Shown piece after piece: positions 55,961 to 64,000 of a stretch of 64,000 nt of DNA. Below the pieces are notes generated by a model that was not told the DNA's origin, searched no databases, and saw nothing but the letters and a program-made list of their open reading frames with translations. How positions within the stretch are numbered: the stretch's first letter is position 1; each line of letters starts with the position of its first letter. A program made the translations under genes and the position numbers. The stretch is from Agromyces sp. Lineage in GTDB: Bacteria; Actinomycetota; Actinomycetes; Actinomycetales; Microbacteriaceae. The DNA is taken from positions 5,429 through 69,428 of the forward strand of contig JAPSJT010000001.1 in the NCBI GenBank assembly GCA_031178045.1, in the 5' to 3' direction.

Positions 55961-57055
55961 ATGACCGACGAACCGCGACGCGGAACCGCCGCCGAACGTG
56001 CGAGATGGCGTCAGTACCTCGCCGACGAACGCGCGGAAGCCGCCGTGTACCGCGAGCTCGCCGCCCGTCGAGACGGTGAGGAGCGCGAGATCCTCCTCGC
56101 CCTGGCCGCGGCCGAGGGTCGTCACGAAGCGCACTGGCTCGCCCTGCTCGGCGGCGATGAGGGTCGGATGCCCCGAGCCGACCTCCGCACGAGGCTCCTC
56201 GCCGCCTTCGCGCGCCGCTTCGGCTCGATCTTCGTGCTCGCGCTCGCCCAGCGCGCCGAGGGACGCTCGCCGTACGCGACCGACCCCGACGCCACCGCCG
56301 CCATGGCGGCCGATGAGCGGATTCACGGCGAGGTGGTCCGTGGGCTGGCGGCGCGGGGTCGGCGCCGCCTCGCGGGCACGTTCCGCGCCGCCGTCTTCGG
56401 CGCCAACGACGGCCTCGTCTCGAACCTCGCCCTCGTGCTCGGCATCGGCGCGACCGGGGTTCCCGCATCGGTCGTGCTCTTCACCGGCATCGCCGGCCTG
56501 CTCGCCGGCGCGCTCTCGATGGGAGCCGGCGAGTACGTCTCGGTGCGCTCGCAGCGGGAGCTCCTGGAGGCATCCGCCCCCGACCCCACTGCACGTGAGG
56601 CGCTCGTCGACCTCGACATCGACGCGAACGAGCTCGCACTCGTCTACCGGGCCCGGGGCATGGATGAGGCCGAGGCACGAGAGCATGCCGCCCTCGTCGT
56701 GGCTCGGGTGCATGCCGCGGGCCAGGTCTCGAATCCGACCGATGCGCTCGCGGTCGTCGCCCACGACGACGAAGCCGTCGGCACCGGTCTCTCGGCGGCG
56801 GTCTCGAGCTTCCTGTTCTTCGGGTCGGGCGCACTCATTCCCGTGCTGCCCTATCTCTTCGGGCTCGATGGCACCACCGCCATCGTCACCGCGACGGTGC
56901 TCGTCGGCGTCGCCCTGCTCGCGACCGGCGCGACCGTGGGCCTGCTGTCGGGCACGTCGCCGTTGAAGCGTGCGCTCCGGCAGCTCGGCATCGGACTCGG
57001 TGCCGCGGCCGTCACGTATCTGCTCGGTCTCGCCTTCGGCACGACCATCGGCTGA
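55961..57055 (+). CDS. VIT1/CCC1 family metal transporter with an N-terminal ferritin/rubrerythrin-like domain
   Basis: Internal ATG after GGAGCAGG within ORF 55877..57055. 'ERIHGE' and 'EGRHE' ferritin-like pairs, then 'AAVFGANDGLVSNLALV' and TM helices. Confidence 0.8.
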   Translation: MTDEPRRGTAAERARWRQYLADERAEAAVYRELAARRDGEEREILLALAAAEGRHEAHWLALLGGDEGRMPRADLRTRLLAAFARRFGSIFVLALAQRAEGRSPYATDPDATAAMAADERIHGEVVRGLAARGRRRLAGTFRAAVFGANDGLVSNLALVLGIGATGVPASVVLFTGIAGLLAGALSMGAGEYVSVRSQRELLEASAPDPTAREALVDLDIDANELALVYRARGMDEAEAREHAALVVARVHAAGQVSNPTDALAVVAHDDEAVGTGLSAAVSSFLFFGSGALIPVLPYLFGLDGTTAIVTATVLVGVALLATGATVGLLSGTSPLKRALRQLGIGLGAAAVTYLLGLAFGTTIG

Positions 57056-57082
57056 GGCCTGCCGAATGGGGCCCCGATCCGG

Positions 57083-57559
57083 TCAGCCGACGAGCCGGTT
57101 CCAGCCGTCGCCGTCCACGTGCTCGAAGATGAGGTTCGTCTCGGTGTGCGCCACGGCCGGATGCCCCGTGAGGTGCGCGAGCACGAACTCGCGCAGCTCT
57201 TCGGCATCACGAGCGGCGACGTGGATGAGGTAATCCTCGGCACCGGCCATGTGGAAGACGCCGAGCACGCCGGGCAGGTGCGGCACCGCCGCACGGAACG
57301 CGTCGATCTCGCTTCGATCGTGCTTCACGAGGCGCACGGCGATGAGCGCCTGCAGCGACACCCCGAGCGACGCGAGGTCGACCTCGACCCGGTAACCCCG
57401 CACCGTGCCGAGGCTCTGCAACCGGCGGAGGCGCAACGATACGGTGGATTCGGCGACGCCGACCTCTGCGGCGAGGGCAGCACCCGACGCTCTGGCATTG
57501 GTGGAGAGCGCCTGGAGCAGCGCCCGGTCGACGCGGTCGAGTTCGGCTTTCTGCGCCAT
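57083..57559 (-). CDS. Lrp/AsnC family transcriptional regulator
   Basis: 158 aa. 'LDRVDRALLQALSTNARASGAALAAEVGVAESTVSLRLRRL' HTH plus a RAM domain. Confidence 0.9.
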   Translation of the reverse strand: MAQKAELDRVDRALLQALSTNARASGAALAAEVGVAESTVSLRLRRLQSLGTVRGYRVEVDLASLGVSLQALIAVRLVKHDRSEIDAFRAAVPHLPGVLGVFHMAGAEDYLIHVAARDAEELREFVLAHLTGHPAVAHTETNLIFEHVDGDGWNRLVG

Positions 57560-57668
57560 GATGCGACCTCCGGTCAGTTGGTGTCAAGAATCTTCGAGGT
57601 CTACAGCATATCCGAGAGAACATTCGACGCAGGTTGCTGATTGTGACAGCTTCTGCTTCATTCGAAGG

Positions 57669-58892
57669 ATGCAGACATCGTCGTCGCAGTTCGACACCCG
57701 CGCCGTCCACGGCGGAATGGACGGGGTCCGAGCGAGCGGTTCCCACGTGCCCGTCATCGACTTCTCGACCACGAATCCGCTTCCGTCGGTCGACGTCGGC
57801 GGCCTCTCCTACGAGGAGCTCGCCACCGGGCACGAGCTCGGCGACGGTCGTTCGGCGGTCTACCAGCGTCTCTGGCAGCCGGGCGTCGCTCGCTTCGAGG
57901 AGGCGCTCGCGGATCTCGAGGGCACCGAGGGCGCCGTCGCCTTCGCGAGCGGGATGGCGGCGCTCGCGGCGGCGCTCATCGCCGCGGCATCCGCCGGTCG
58001 GCCGCACATCGTCGCGGTGCGTCCGCTCTACGGGGGCACCGATCACGTGCTCGAGAGCGGGCTGCTCGGCACTCGGGTGACGTGGGCGGATGCCGCGGGC
58101 ATCGGTGCGGCGATCGAACCCGACACGGGTCTCGTCGTCGTCGAGACCCCGGCGAACCCCACCCTCGAGCTCCTCGACCTCCGCCGAGTCGCGGATGCCG
58201 CCGGCGACGTGCCACTCCTCGTCGACAACACGTTCGCCACTCCGGTGCTGCAGCGCCCGGCCGAGCACGGCGCGACGCTCGTGCTGCACAGTGCCACGAA
58301 GTACCTCGGTGGTCACGGTGATGTCATGGGCGGCGTTGTCGCCGCCGACCGGGAGTGGGCCGAACGGCTCCGCCGTGTGCGTGCGCTCACCGGCGGCCTC
58401 CTGCATCCGATGGCGGCCTATCTCCTGCACCGCGGACTCCGCACGCTCCCGATCCGCGTGCGCGCCCAGCAGGCGACGGCGGCCGTGCTCGCCGAGCGAC
58501 TCGCGTCGCATCCGGCCGTCGCCGGCGTGCGCTACCCCGGGCTGCCCGGCCAGGACCCGCAGCGCCTCCTCGGCCGCCAGCTCGACGGGCCGGGTTCGAT
58601 CATCGCGCTCGACCTCGCGGGCGGGTACGAGTCAGCTGCGCGCTTCACCGAGGCGTGCGAGCTCGTGACCCACGCCGTGTCGCTCGGCGGTGTGGACTCG
58701 CTCGTGCAGCATCCCGCCTCGCTGACCCACCGGCCCGTCGCGGGCGATGCGAAGCCCGATGCCGGCGTGGTGCGCCTCTCGGTCGGGCTCGAGCACGTCG
58801 ACGACCTCACGTCCGACCTCATGGCAGCCCTCGACGCGGCCGCCGAGGCGGGGAGCCTCGCTGCGGCGCCGACGCTCGCCGACGCACGCTGA
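57669..58892 (+). CDS. PLP-dependent Cys/Met-metabolism enzyme (methionine gamma-lyase / cystathionine gamma-synthase family)
   Basis: In-frame ATG within ORF 57405..58892. 'TRAVHGG' and the PLP-lysine motif 'HSATKYLGGHGDVMGG'. Divergent from the Lrp regulator. Confidence 0.8.
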   Translation: MQTSSSQFDTRAVHGGMDGVRASGSHVPVIDFSTTNPLPSVDVGGLSYEELATGHELGDGRSAVYQRLWQPGVARFEEALADLEGTEGAVAFASGMAALAAALIAAASAGRPHIVAVRPLYGGTDHVLESGLLGTRVTWADAAGIGAAIEPDTGLVVVETPANPTLELLDLRRVADAAGDVPLLVDNTFATPVLQRPAEHGATLVLHSATKYLGGHGDVMGGVVAADREWAERLRRVRALTGGLLHPMAAYLLHRGLRTLPIRVRAQQATAAVLAERLASHPAVAGVRYPGLPGQDPQRLLGRQLDGPGSIIALDLAGGYESAARFTEACELVTHAVSLGGVDSLVQHPASLTHRPVAGDAKPDAGVVRLSVGLEHVDDLTSDLMAALDAAAEAGSLAAAPTLADAR

Positions 58893-58905
58893 CCCGACCT
58901 TCCGT

Positions 58906-60306
58906 TCACGCCAGCTCGGCGTCGCGTTCCTCGCCCGGCACGGCGGTCTCGTCGTCGACCCGGGGATTTCGAATGCCGAGCCACGAGACGAGGCCGCCGG
59001 CCACGAGGAAGGCGGCGGTGCCGAGCGCGGCGCGGTGATAGCCGTCGACATCGAGGCGGGCACCCGCGATGACCCCGATGCTCGCCACGGCGACGAGCCC
59101 GGCGATCCGCGCGACGGCGTTGTTCACCGCCGAGCCGATGCCCGCGCGAGCCGGATCGACCGCCCCGAGGATGGCCGAGGTGAGCGGAGCGACCGTCATC
59201 GCCATCCCGAGCCCGATGACGAGGATGCCGGGGAGGAGCTGCAGCCAGTAGTCGAGCTCGTCGCGCACGCTGAGGGTCAGGAGATAGCCGCACGCCGCGA
59301 CGATCGGTCCGACGGTCATGAACAGGCGAGGCCCGAACCGTGTCGAGAGCGCGCCGAACCACGAGCCGGCCACGACGAGCATGATCGTCGGCGGCAGTGT
59401 CGCGAGGCCCGCGAGGGTCGCGGAGAATCCGCCGGTCTGCTGCAGGAAGATCGTCATGACGAACGGCCCGAGCGAGAACGCGGCGTAGATGAACACCGTG
59501 GCGAGATTGCCCGCCGCGAAGTTGCGTGCTTGGAACAACTGGAGTGGCAGCATCGGAGCCGCGGTGCCGCGCTCCCAGAAGACGAATGCGGCGAGGGCGA
59601 TCGCGCCGACGGCGAACGGAACGAACACGGCCGGCGACCCCCACCCGTAGCGCTCCTGCTCGATGAGCGCGAACACCGTGCCGCCGAGGCCGACGACGCC
59701 GAGTCCGGCGCCGATCCAGTCGATGCGCTCGCGGTCGGGATCGGGTTCGTCGCGGCCGAGTGCGTGCATGATCATGAGCGCGGCCGCGATCGGGACGACG
59801 TTGATCCAGAACACGAGCCGCCATGAGGCGAGATCGACGAGTATGCCGCCGAAGAGGGGGCCGATGAGGAACGCGCCGGTCGTCCAGGCGGTCCACGTGC
59901 CGATGGCCCGGCCCTGCTCGGCGCGAGGGAACGTCGCGATGATGAGGGCCAGCGAACTCGGCACGAGGAGTGCGCCCGCGGCGCCCTGCAGCGCCCTGGC
60001 GATGACCAGGACGAGTCCGTCGGGCGCCACGGCGCAGAGCATCGAGGTCACGGCGAATCCGTACAGGCCGACGCGGATGACGCGGAGCCGGCCGAACGAG
60101 TCGGAGAGCGACCCGGCCAGCAGGATCAGCGAGCCGAGAGTGAGCAGGTACGCGTCGACGGCCCACTGCTGCAGCGCCAGGCCGCCGCCGAGTTCCTCGG
60201 CGATCGAGGGCAGGGCGACGTTGATGACCGCGCCGTCGAGGAAGGCGATGAACGAGACGACGATGGCGACGACGAGCACCCGCTTGCGACGGTCCATGTG
60301 CGCCAT
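58906..60306 (-). CDS. MFS transporter, DHA2 (14-TM, EmrB/QacA-like) family
   Basis: In-frame ATG (MAHMDRRKR) within ORF 58906..60801. 'FLDGAVINVALPSI' and 'GSLSDSFGR' motifs. About 14 TM helices. Confidence 0.85.
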   Translation of the reverse strand: MAHMDRRKRVLVVAIVVSFIAFLDGAVINVALPSIAEELGGGLALQQWAVDAYLLTLGSLILLAGSLSDSFGRLRVIRVGLYGFAVTSMLCAVAPDGLVLVIARALQGAAGALLVPSSLALIIATFPRAEQGRAIGTWTAWTTGAFLIGPLFGGILVDLASWRLVFWINVVPIAAALMIMHALGRDEPDPDRERIDWIGAGLGVVGLGGTVFALIEQERYGWGSPAVFVPFAVGAIALAAFVFWERGTAAPMLPLQLFQARNFAAGNLATVFIYAAFSLGPFVMTIFLQQTGGFSATLAGLATLPPTIMLVVAGSWFGALSTRFGPRLFMTVGPIVAACGYLLTLSVRDELDYWLQLLPGILVIGLGMAMTVAPLTSAILGAVDPARAGIGSAVNNAVARIAGLVAVASIGVIAGARLDVDGYHRAALGTAAFLVAGGLVSWLGIRNPRVDDETAVPGEERDAELA

Positions 60307-60365
60307 GCTAGTCACGGCCTCGGATGCCGCGCCCCGCGCCCGACTCCGCGAGCCGCGTGCCTGGG

Positions 60366-62165
60366 TCAGCGGCTGCCGAGCCGGCGACGAAGCAGCTCGA
60401 TGCGCGCCTGCAGCTGGGTCACGCTCGCCTGTGCGACCGCCGGCCCGCCGCAGACCCGCCGCAGCTCCGCGTGCACCTGGGAGTGCGCCTGCCCCGTGTG
60501 TCGCGCCCAGAGGCCGACGAGGCTGTTGAGCAACGAGCGCTGCTCTTTCAGGGTGCGGTAGAGCGCGACGGGCTCTGCCTGCTCGGGCGCGTCGACCGCC
60601 TGCTTGCGCCGCTCCCCCGCGCGTCGCGACTGTCGCGCCTGACGGTGCCGCAGGAGTTCGGACACCTGCTCGGGTTCGAGGATGCCGGGGATGCCGATGA
60701 AGTCGAACTCCTCGTCGCTGCCGGGCTCGGCGAGCGTGCCGAACTCGGTGCCGTCGTACAGGACGCGGTCGAAGGAGGCATCCGAACCGATCGCCTCCCA
60801 CGTGCCCAGCCCGGCCTCTTCCGACGCGCGCTCCTCGCGGTTCGCCGATTCGAGCAGGCTGTCGTCGAGCCCGTCGTCATCACCGTCGCCGCTGCGACGG
60901 TCGAGGGCGTGGTCGCGCTCGAGCTCGAGCTTCGCGGCCAGGTTCATGAGCGCCGGCACGTTCGGCAGGAACACCGAGGCGGTCTCACCGCGGCGCCGCG
61001 CGCGAACGAACCGGCCGATCGCCTGGGCGAAGAAGAGCGGCGTCGAGGCGCTCGTCGCGTAGACCCCGACCGCGAGCCGCGGGACGTCGACCCCCTCGGA
61101 CACCATGCGGACCGCGACCATCCAGCGGCGGGTGTTGCCCGAGAACTCCTCGATGCGCGAGCTCGCCTCCTTCTCGTCGGAGAGCACGACGGTCACGGGC
61201 TCGCGGCAGATGCCCTCGAGGATCTTCGCGTACGCCCGGGCCACCGTCTGGTCGGTCGCGATGACGAGTCCGCCCGCGTCGGGGATGCCGTGCCGCACCT
61301 CCGTCAGCCGGCGATCGGCGGCGGCGAGCACGGCGGGGATCCACTCTCCGCTCGGTTCGAGCGCCGTGCGCCAGGCCGACGACGTGATGTCCTTCGTGTT
61401 GTCCTCGCCGAGCTTCGCCTCCATCTCGTCGCCGGCCTTCGTGCGCCAGCGCATGTGGCCCGCATAGACCATGAAGAGCACCGGGCGCACGACCCCGTCG
61501 GCGAGGGCGCGCCCGTAGCCGTAGTTGTAGTCGGTCTTGGAGAGCCGCACGCCCTGGGCGTCGGGCTCGTAGTGCACGAACGGGATCGGTGCCGTGTCGG
61601 AACGGAACGGCGTGCCGGTGAGCGAGAGCCGCTTCGTGGCCGGTTCGAACGCCTCGCGGATCGCGTCGCCCCATGACAGCGTGTCGCCGCCGTGGTGCAC
61701 CTCATCGAGGATCACGAGCGTGCGACCCGAGAGCGTCAGTTCGCGGTGCAGCGCCGGGCGCATCGCCACCTGGGCATAGGTCACCGCGACCCCGTGGAAA
61801 TGACGGGCCGTCTGCCCGTGGGCGTTGCGGAACCCCGGGTCGATGCGGATGCCCGCACGCGCCGCGGCATCCGCCCACTGGCGCTTGAGGTGGTCGGTGG
61901 GCGCCACGACGGTGATGCGGTCGATGACCCGTCGCGCTCGGAGCTCGGCCGCGAGCCGCAGGGCGAACGTCGTCTTGCCGGCGCCCGGTGTGGCAGCGGC
62001 GAGGAAGTCTCTCGGCATCTCGGCGAGGTACTGCTCGAGGGCTTCGGCCTGCCACGCCCGGAGCTTGCTCGCCGTGCCCCACGGGGCACGAGCGGGGAAC
62101 GAAGGTGGGAGGTGCTCGGCGGCCGAGGTGCCCGGCTGATGGCCGGATGGGGTCGCGGTGCTCAC
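60366..62165 (-). CDS. superfamily 2 DEAD/DEAH-box helicase (type III restriction res-subunit-like / SSL2 fold)
   Basis: 599 aa. 'TPGAGKTTFAL' Walker A, 'ILDEVHHGG' DEVH box, 'LSLTGTPFRSD', and an acidic C-terminal extension. Confidence 0.8.
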   Translation of the reverse strand: MSTATPSGHQPGTSAAEHLPPSFPARAPWGTASKLRAWQAEALEQYLAEMPRDFLAAATPGAGKTTFALRLAAELRARRVIDRITVVAPTDHLKRQWADAAARAGIRIDPGFRNAHGQTARHFHGVAVTYAQVAMRPALHRELTLSGRTLVILDEVHHGGDTLSWGDAIREAFEPATKRLSLTGTPFRSDTAPIPFVHYEPDAQGVRLSKTDYNYGYGRALADGVVRPVLFMVYAGHMRWRTKAGDEMEAKLGEDNTKDITSSAWRTALEPSGEWIPAVLAAADRRLTEVRHGIPDAGGLVIATDQTVARAYAKILEGICREPVTVVLSDEKEASSRIEEFSGNTRRWMVAVRMVSEGVDVPRLAVGVYATSASTPLFFAQAIGRFVRARRRGETASVFLPNVPALMNLAAKLELERDHALDRRSGDGDDDGLDDSLLESANREERASEEAGLGTWEAIGSDASFDRVLYDGTEFGTLAEPGSDEEFDFIGIPGILEPEQVSELLRHRQARQSRRAGERRKQAVDAPEQAEPVALYRTLKEQRSLLNSLVGLWARHTGQAHSQVHAELRRVCGGPAVAQASVTQLQARIELLRRRLGSR

Positions 62166-62227
62166 TGGATTCGAGGGTAGCGGAGGGCGCCGACATCCTC
62201 GAACCGAGCAACCGGCAGAATGGGGGC

Positions 62228-63013
62228 ATGGTCACCCAGCGGCATCCATGGTCACGCTACGTCGCCCTCGGCGACTCGTTCACCGAGGGCATCGGCGACC
62301 CCGAGCCGAACGTGCCGGGCGGCCATCGCGGCTGGGCCGACCGTGTGGCCGAGGTGCTGAGCCAGGGCACCGTGGACTTCGCCTATGCGAACCTCGCGGT
62401 GCGCGGCAAGCTCATCCAGCAGATCATCGATGAGCAGCTGGAGGCCGCCATCGCCCTGCGCCCCGACCTCGTCACGATCTCGGCGGGCGGCAATGACGTC
62501 ATCCGGCCGCGCACCGACCCCGACGAGATCGCCGCGCGTTTCGAGTACGCGATCGAGCGCCTCTCCCGTGATCGCGCCACGATCGTCATCTTCACGGGCG
62601 TCGACGTGGGCTTCTCCCCCGTCTTCCGCGGCATCCGCGGCAAGGTCGCGATCTACAACGAGAACCTGCGGGCGATCGCGGCGAAGTACGACTGCATCGT
62701 CGCCGACCAGTGGGCGCTCACCGAGATCCAGGACCAGCGCATGTGGGCCCCCGACCGGCTGCACCTCAACTCGCTCGGCCACCACACGGTCGCGCGCATG
62801 GTGCTCGCCGCGCTCAACGTCGAGAACGACCTCGAACCGATGCGACCTGAGCCGCTGCCGAGTTCGACCTGGCGACAGGCCCGCGTCGAGGACCTCTCCT
62901 GGGCACGCGAGTACCTGGTGCCGTGGGTGCTGCGGCGCATCCGCCACCAGTCGTCGGGTGACTTCATCCGGGCGAAGCGGCCGGAGGCCGCGCCCTACTC
63001 GCTCTCGGACTGA
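62228..63013 (+). CDS. SGNH/GDSL hydrolase family protein
   Basis: In-frame ATG within ORF 61988..63013. 'YVALGDSFTEG' (block I), 'ISAGGND' (block III) and 'DRLHLN' (block V). Confidence 0.85.
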   Translation: MVTQRHPWSRYVALGDSFTEGIGDPEPNVPGGHRGWADRVAEVLSQGTVDFAYANLAVRGKLIQQIIDEQLEAAIALRPDLVTISAGGNDVIRPRTDPDEIAARFEYAIERLSRDRATIVIFTGVDVGFSPVFRGIRGKVAIYNENLRAIAAKYDCIVADQWALTEIQDQRMWAPDRLHLNSLGHHTVARMVLAALNVENDLEPMRPEPLPSSTWRQARVEDLSWAREYLVPWVLRRIRHQSSGDFIRAKRPEAAPYSLSD

Positions 63014-64000
63014 GCCGCCACGGCGTCGAGCGCGCCGGGGTTCGTGAGCCGCCACCACATGCCGGGATCCTCGAGCGGAGCGTCGAGCACGAGCGGGACG
63101 GTCACCTCGCGAGCACCGGCCCGCACGACCGCGGTGCCGACCTCCTCTCCGCGCGTGCCGAGCGCGACGGGCTCGGCATCCACCTCGACCGTGATGGGCG
63201 TGTCGCTCCAGACGACGACGGATGCCGCCTCGGCAGTGCGTGCGCGAGACGTCGCGCCCCACGGCGTGGTGTATTCGGCGACGACGCGTCCGGCCTCGAA
63301 GACGGGCACCTCCTGGAAGCCGGGGGCGATGCTGTCGAGCAGGGCCGCGATCGCCTCATCGAGCACCGTGTGATTCTCGCCGCCGAGTACGACGCCGACG
63401 ACGGTGACGACCTCCGAGCCGACGGGGTAGTCGGCCGAGAAGAGGAGGTTCGCCGCGTCGTCGGTCGTGCCGGTCTTGATGCCGTCGACGCCGTGGCTGC
63501 CGAGGAGCTTGTTGGAGTTCTTCACGACGCCGATGACCGGCAGTTCCATGCTCGGCATCGCGACGAGTTCGGACACGGTGGGGTCGGCGAGGGCGATCTC
63601 TCCGAGCTCGACGAGCTCCTCGGGCGTGCTCACATTGTCGTCCGACATCCCGCTCGAGTCGACGAGGCGCGTGCTCTCGAGACCGTGCGCGTCGAGCCAG
63701 GCGCGCGCCGCCGTGAGGAAGGCGTCCATGGAGCCGTAGGCCCACACGGCGAGCGACTCGGCGTAGTTGTTGCCGGAGGCGAGAAGCAGCGCGCCGAGAC
63801 TCTGCCGTTCGCTGAGCGTCGTGCCCGCACTCACGGGCGCGACCGAGCCGCCTTCGGCGACGACCTCCCAGTAGAGGTCGACATCGGCCTGGGTGTACTC
63901 GATCCCCGGCCCCTCCTCACCCGGTGCGAGCGGCTTCGCCTCGAGCACGACGAGCGCGGTCACGATCTTCGTGATGCTCGCGATCGCCATGGGTGCTTGG
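62995..64000 (-). CDS. D-alanyl-D-alanine carboxypeptidase (S11 serine peptidase/PBP), N-terminus outside the window
   Basis: The frame stays open upstream of the listed Met through nt 64000. The 'SITK' SxxK active-site motif sits at the window edge, followed by 'SGNN' (SxN) and 'KTGTT' (KTG). Confidence 0.8.
   Translation of the reverse strand, partial: QAPMAIASITKIVTALVVLEAKPLAPGEEGPGIEYTQADVDLYWEVVAEGGSVAPVSAGTTLSERQSLGALLLASGNNYAESLAVWAYGSMDAFLTAARAWLDAHGLESTRLVDSSGMSDDNVSTPEELVELGEIALADPTVSELVAMPSMELPVIGVVKNSNKLLGSHGVDGIKTGTTDDAANLLFSADYPVGSEVVTVVGVVLGGENHTVLDEAIAALLDSIAPGFQEVPVFEAGRVVAEYTTPWGATSRARTAEAASVVVWSDTPITVEVDAEPVALGTRGEEVGTAVVRAGAREVTVPLVLDAPLEDPGMWWRLTNPGALDAVAAQSESE

Noticed and set aside
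48939-56764. Two giant minus-strand ORFs (48939..53372, 1477 aa; 53258..56764, 1168 aa)
   Set aside because: They lie antisense to imuB/dnaE2 and to the MFS, DUF3097 and VIT1 genes. Their sequence is low-complexity and Arg/Gly/Pro-rich, and they have no motifs. They are artefacts like the case above.
57560-57668. SAM or other riboswitch upstream of the PLP-dependent Met/Cys enzyme
   Set aside because: The intergenic region is only 109 nt and is shared with the divergent Lrp gene. That is too short for known SAM riboswitch classes, and no conserved riboswitch core was recognisable. Control by Lrp is the simpler explanation.

Overview
This is a very GC-rich, gene-dense window with the gene order of a Micrococcales/Microbacteriaceae-like Actinomycetota chromosome (taxonomy is inferred from synteny only). 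About 60 CDS and one tRNA-Leu(GAG) are supported. I saw no rRNA, CRISPR array, transposase or integrase. Most of it is conserved core. Left to right: topoisomerase IV parE/parC; the respiratory block ctaC-ctaD-ctaF and ctaE-qcrC-qcrA-qcrB; trpD; glpF-glpK divergent from dhaK-dhaL-dhaM; NfeD-SPFH-GDPD; rbpA and lnt; helY-tatC-tatA-pafC-pafB-FKBP-trmI; PAC2, uppP and an M20 peptidase; tRNA-Leu followed by a LexA-boxed imuA'-imuB-dnaE2 cassette; then transporters, Lrp plus a PLP enzyme, an SF2 helicase, an SGNH hydrolase and a partial DD-carboxypeptidase. The least ordinary stretch is about 25.4-31.7 kb. It holds a HelD/HelR-type RNAP-associated ATPase preceded by a rifamycin-associated-element-like palindrome. 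It also holds a DUF2975/HTH pair with a near-consensus leaderless promoter, a 449-nt gene-less gap with strong hairpins, and a divergent pair of uncharacterised membrane-protein operons (DUF4383 and DUF6766) with possible microproteins. A second notable point is that the Pup-proteasome genes are missing from their usual site between trmI and fkbP-pafBC, where a 6 x 15-bp tandem repeat sits at the junction. I found no clear-cut entirely novel multi-gene system, so the findings are candidates ranked by interest. The many very long ORFs lying antisense to conserved genes are treated as high-GC artefacts. All calls rest on reading the translations and sequence by eye; no database search was possible.
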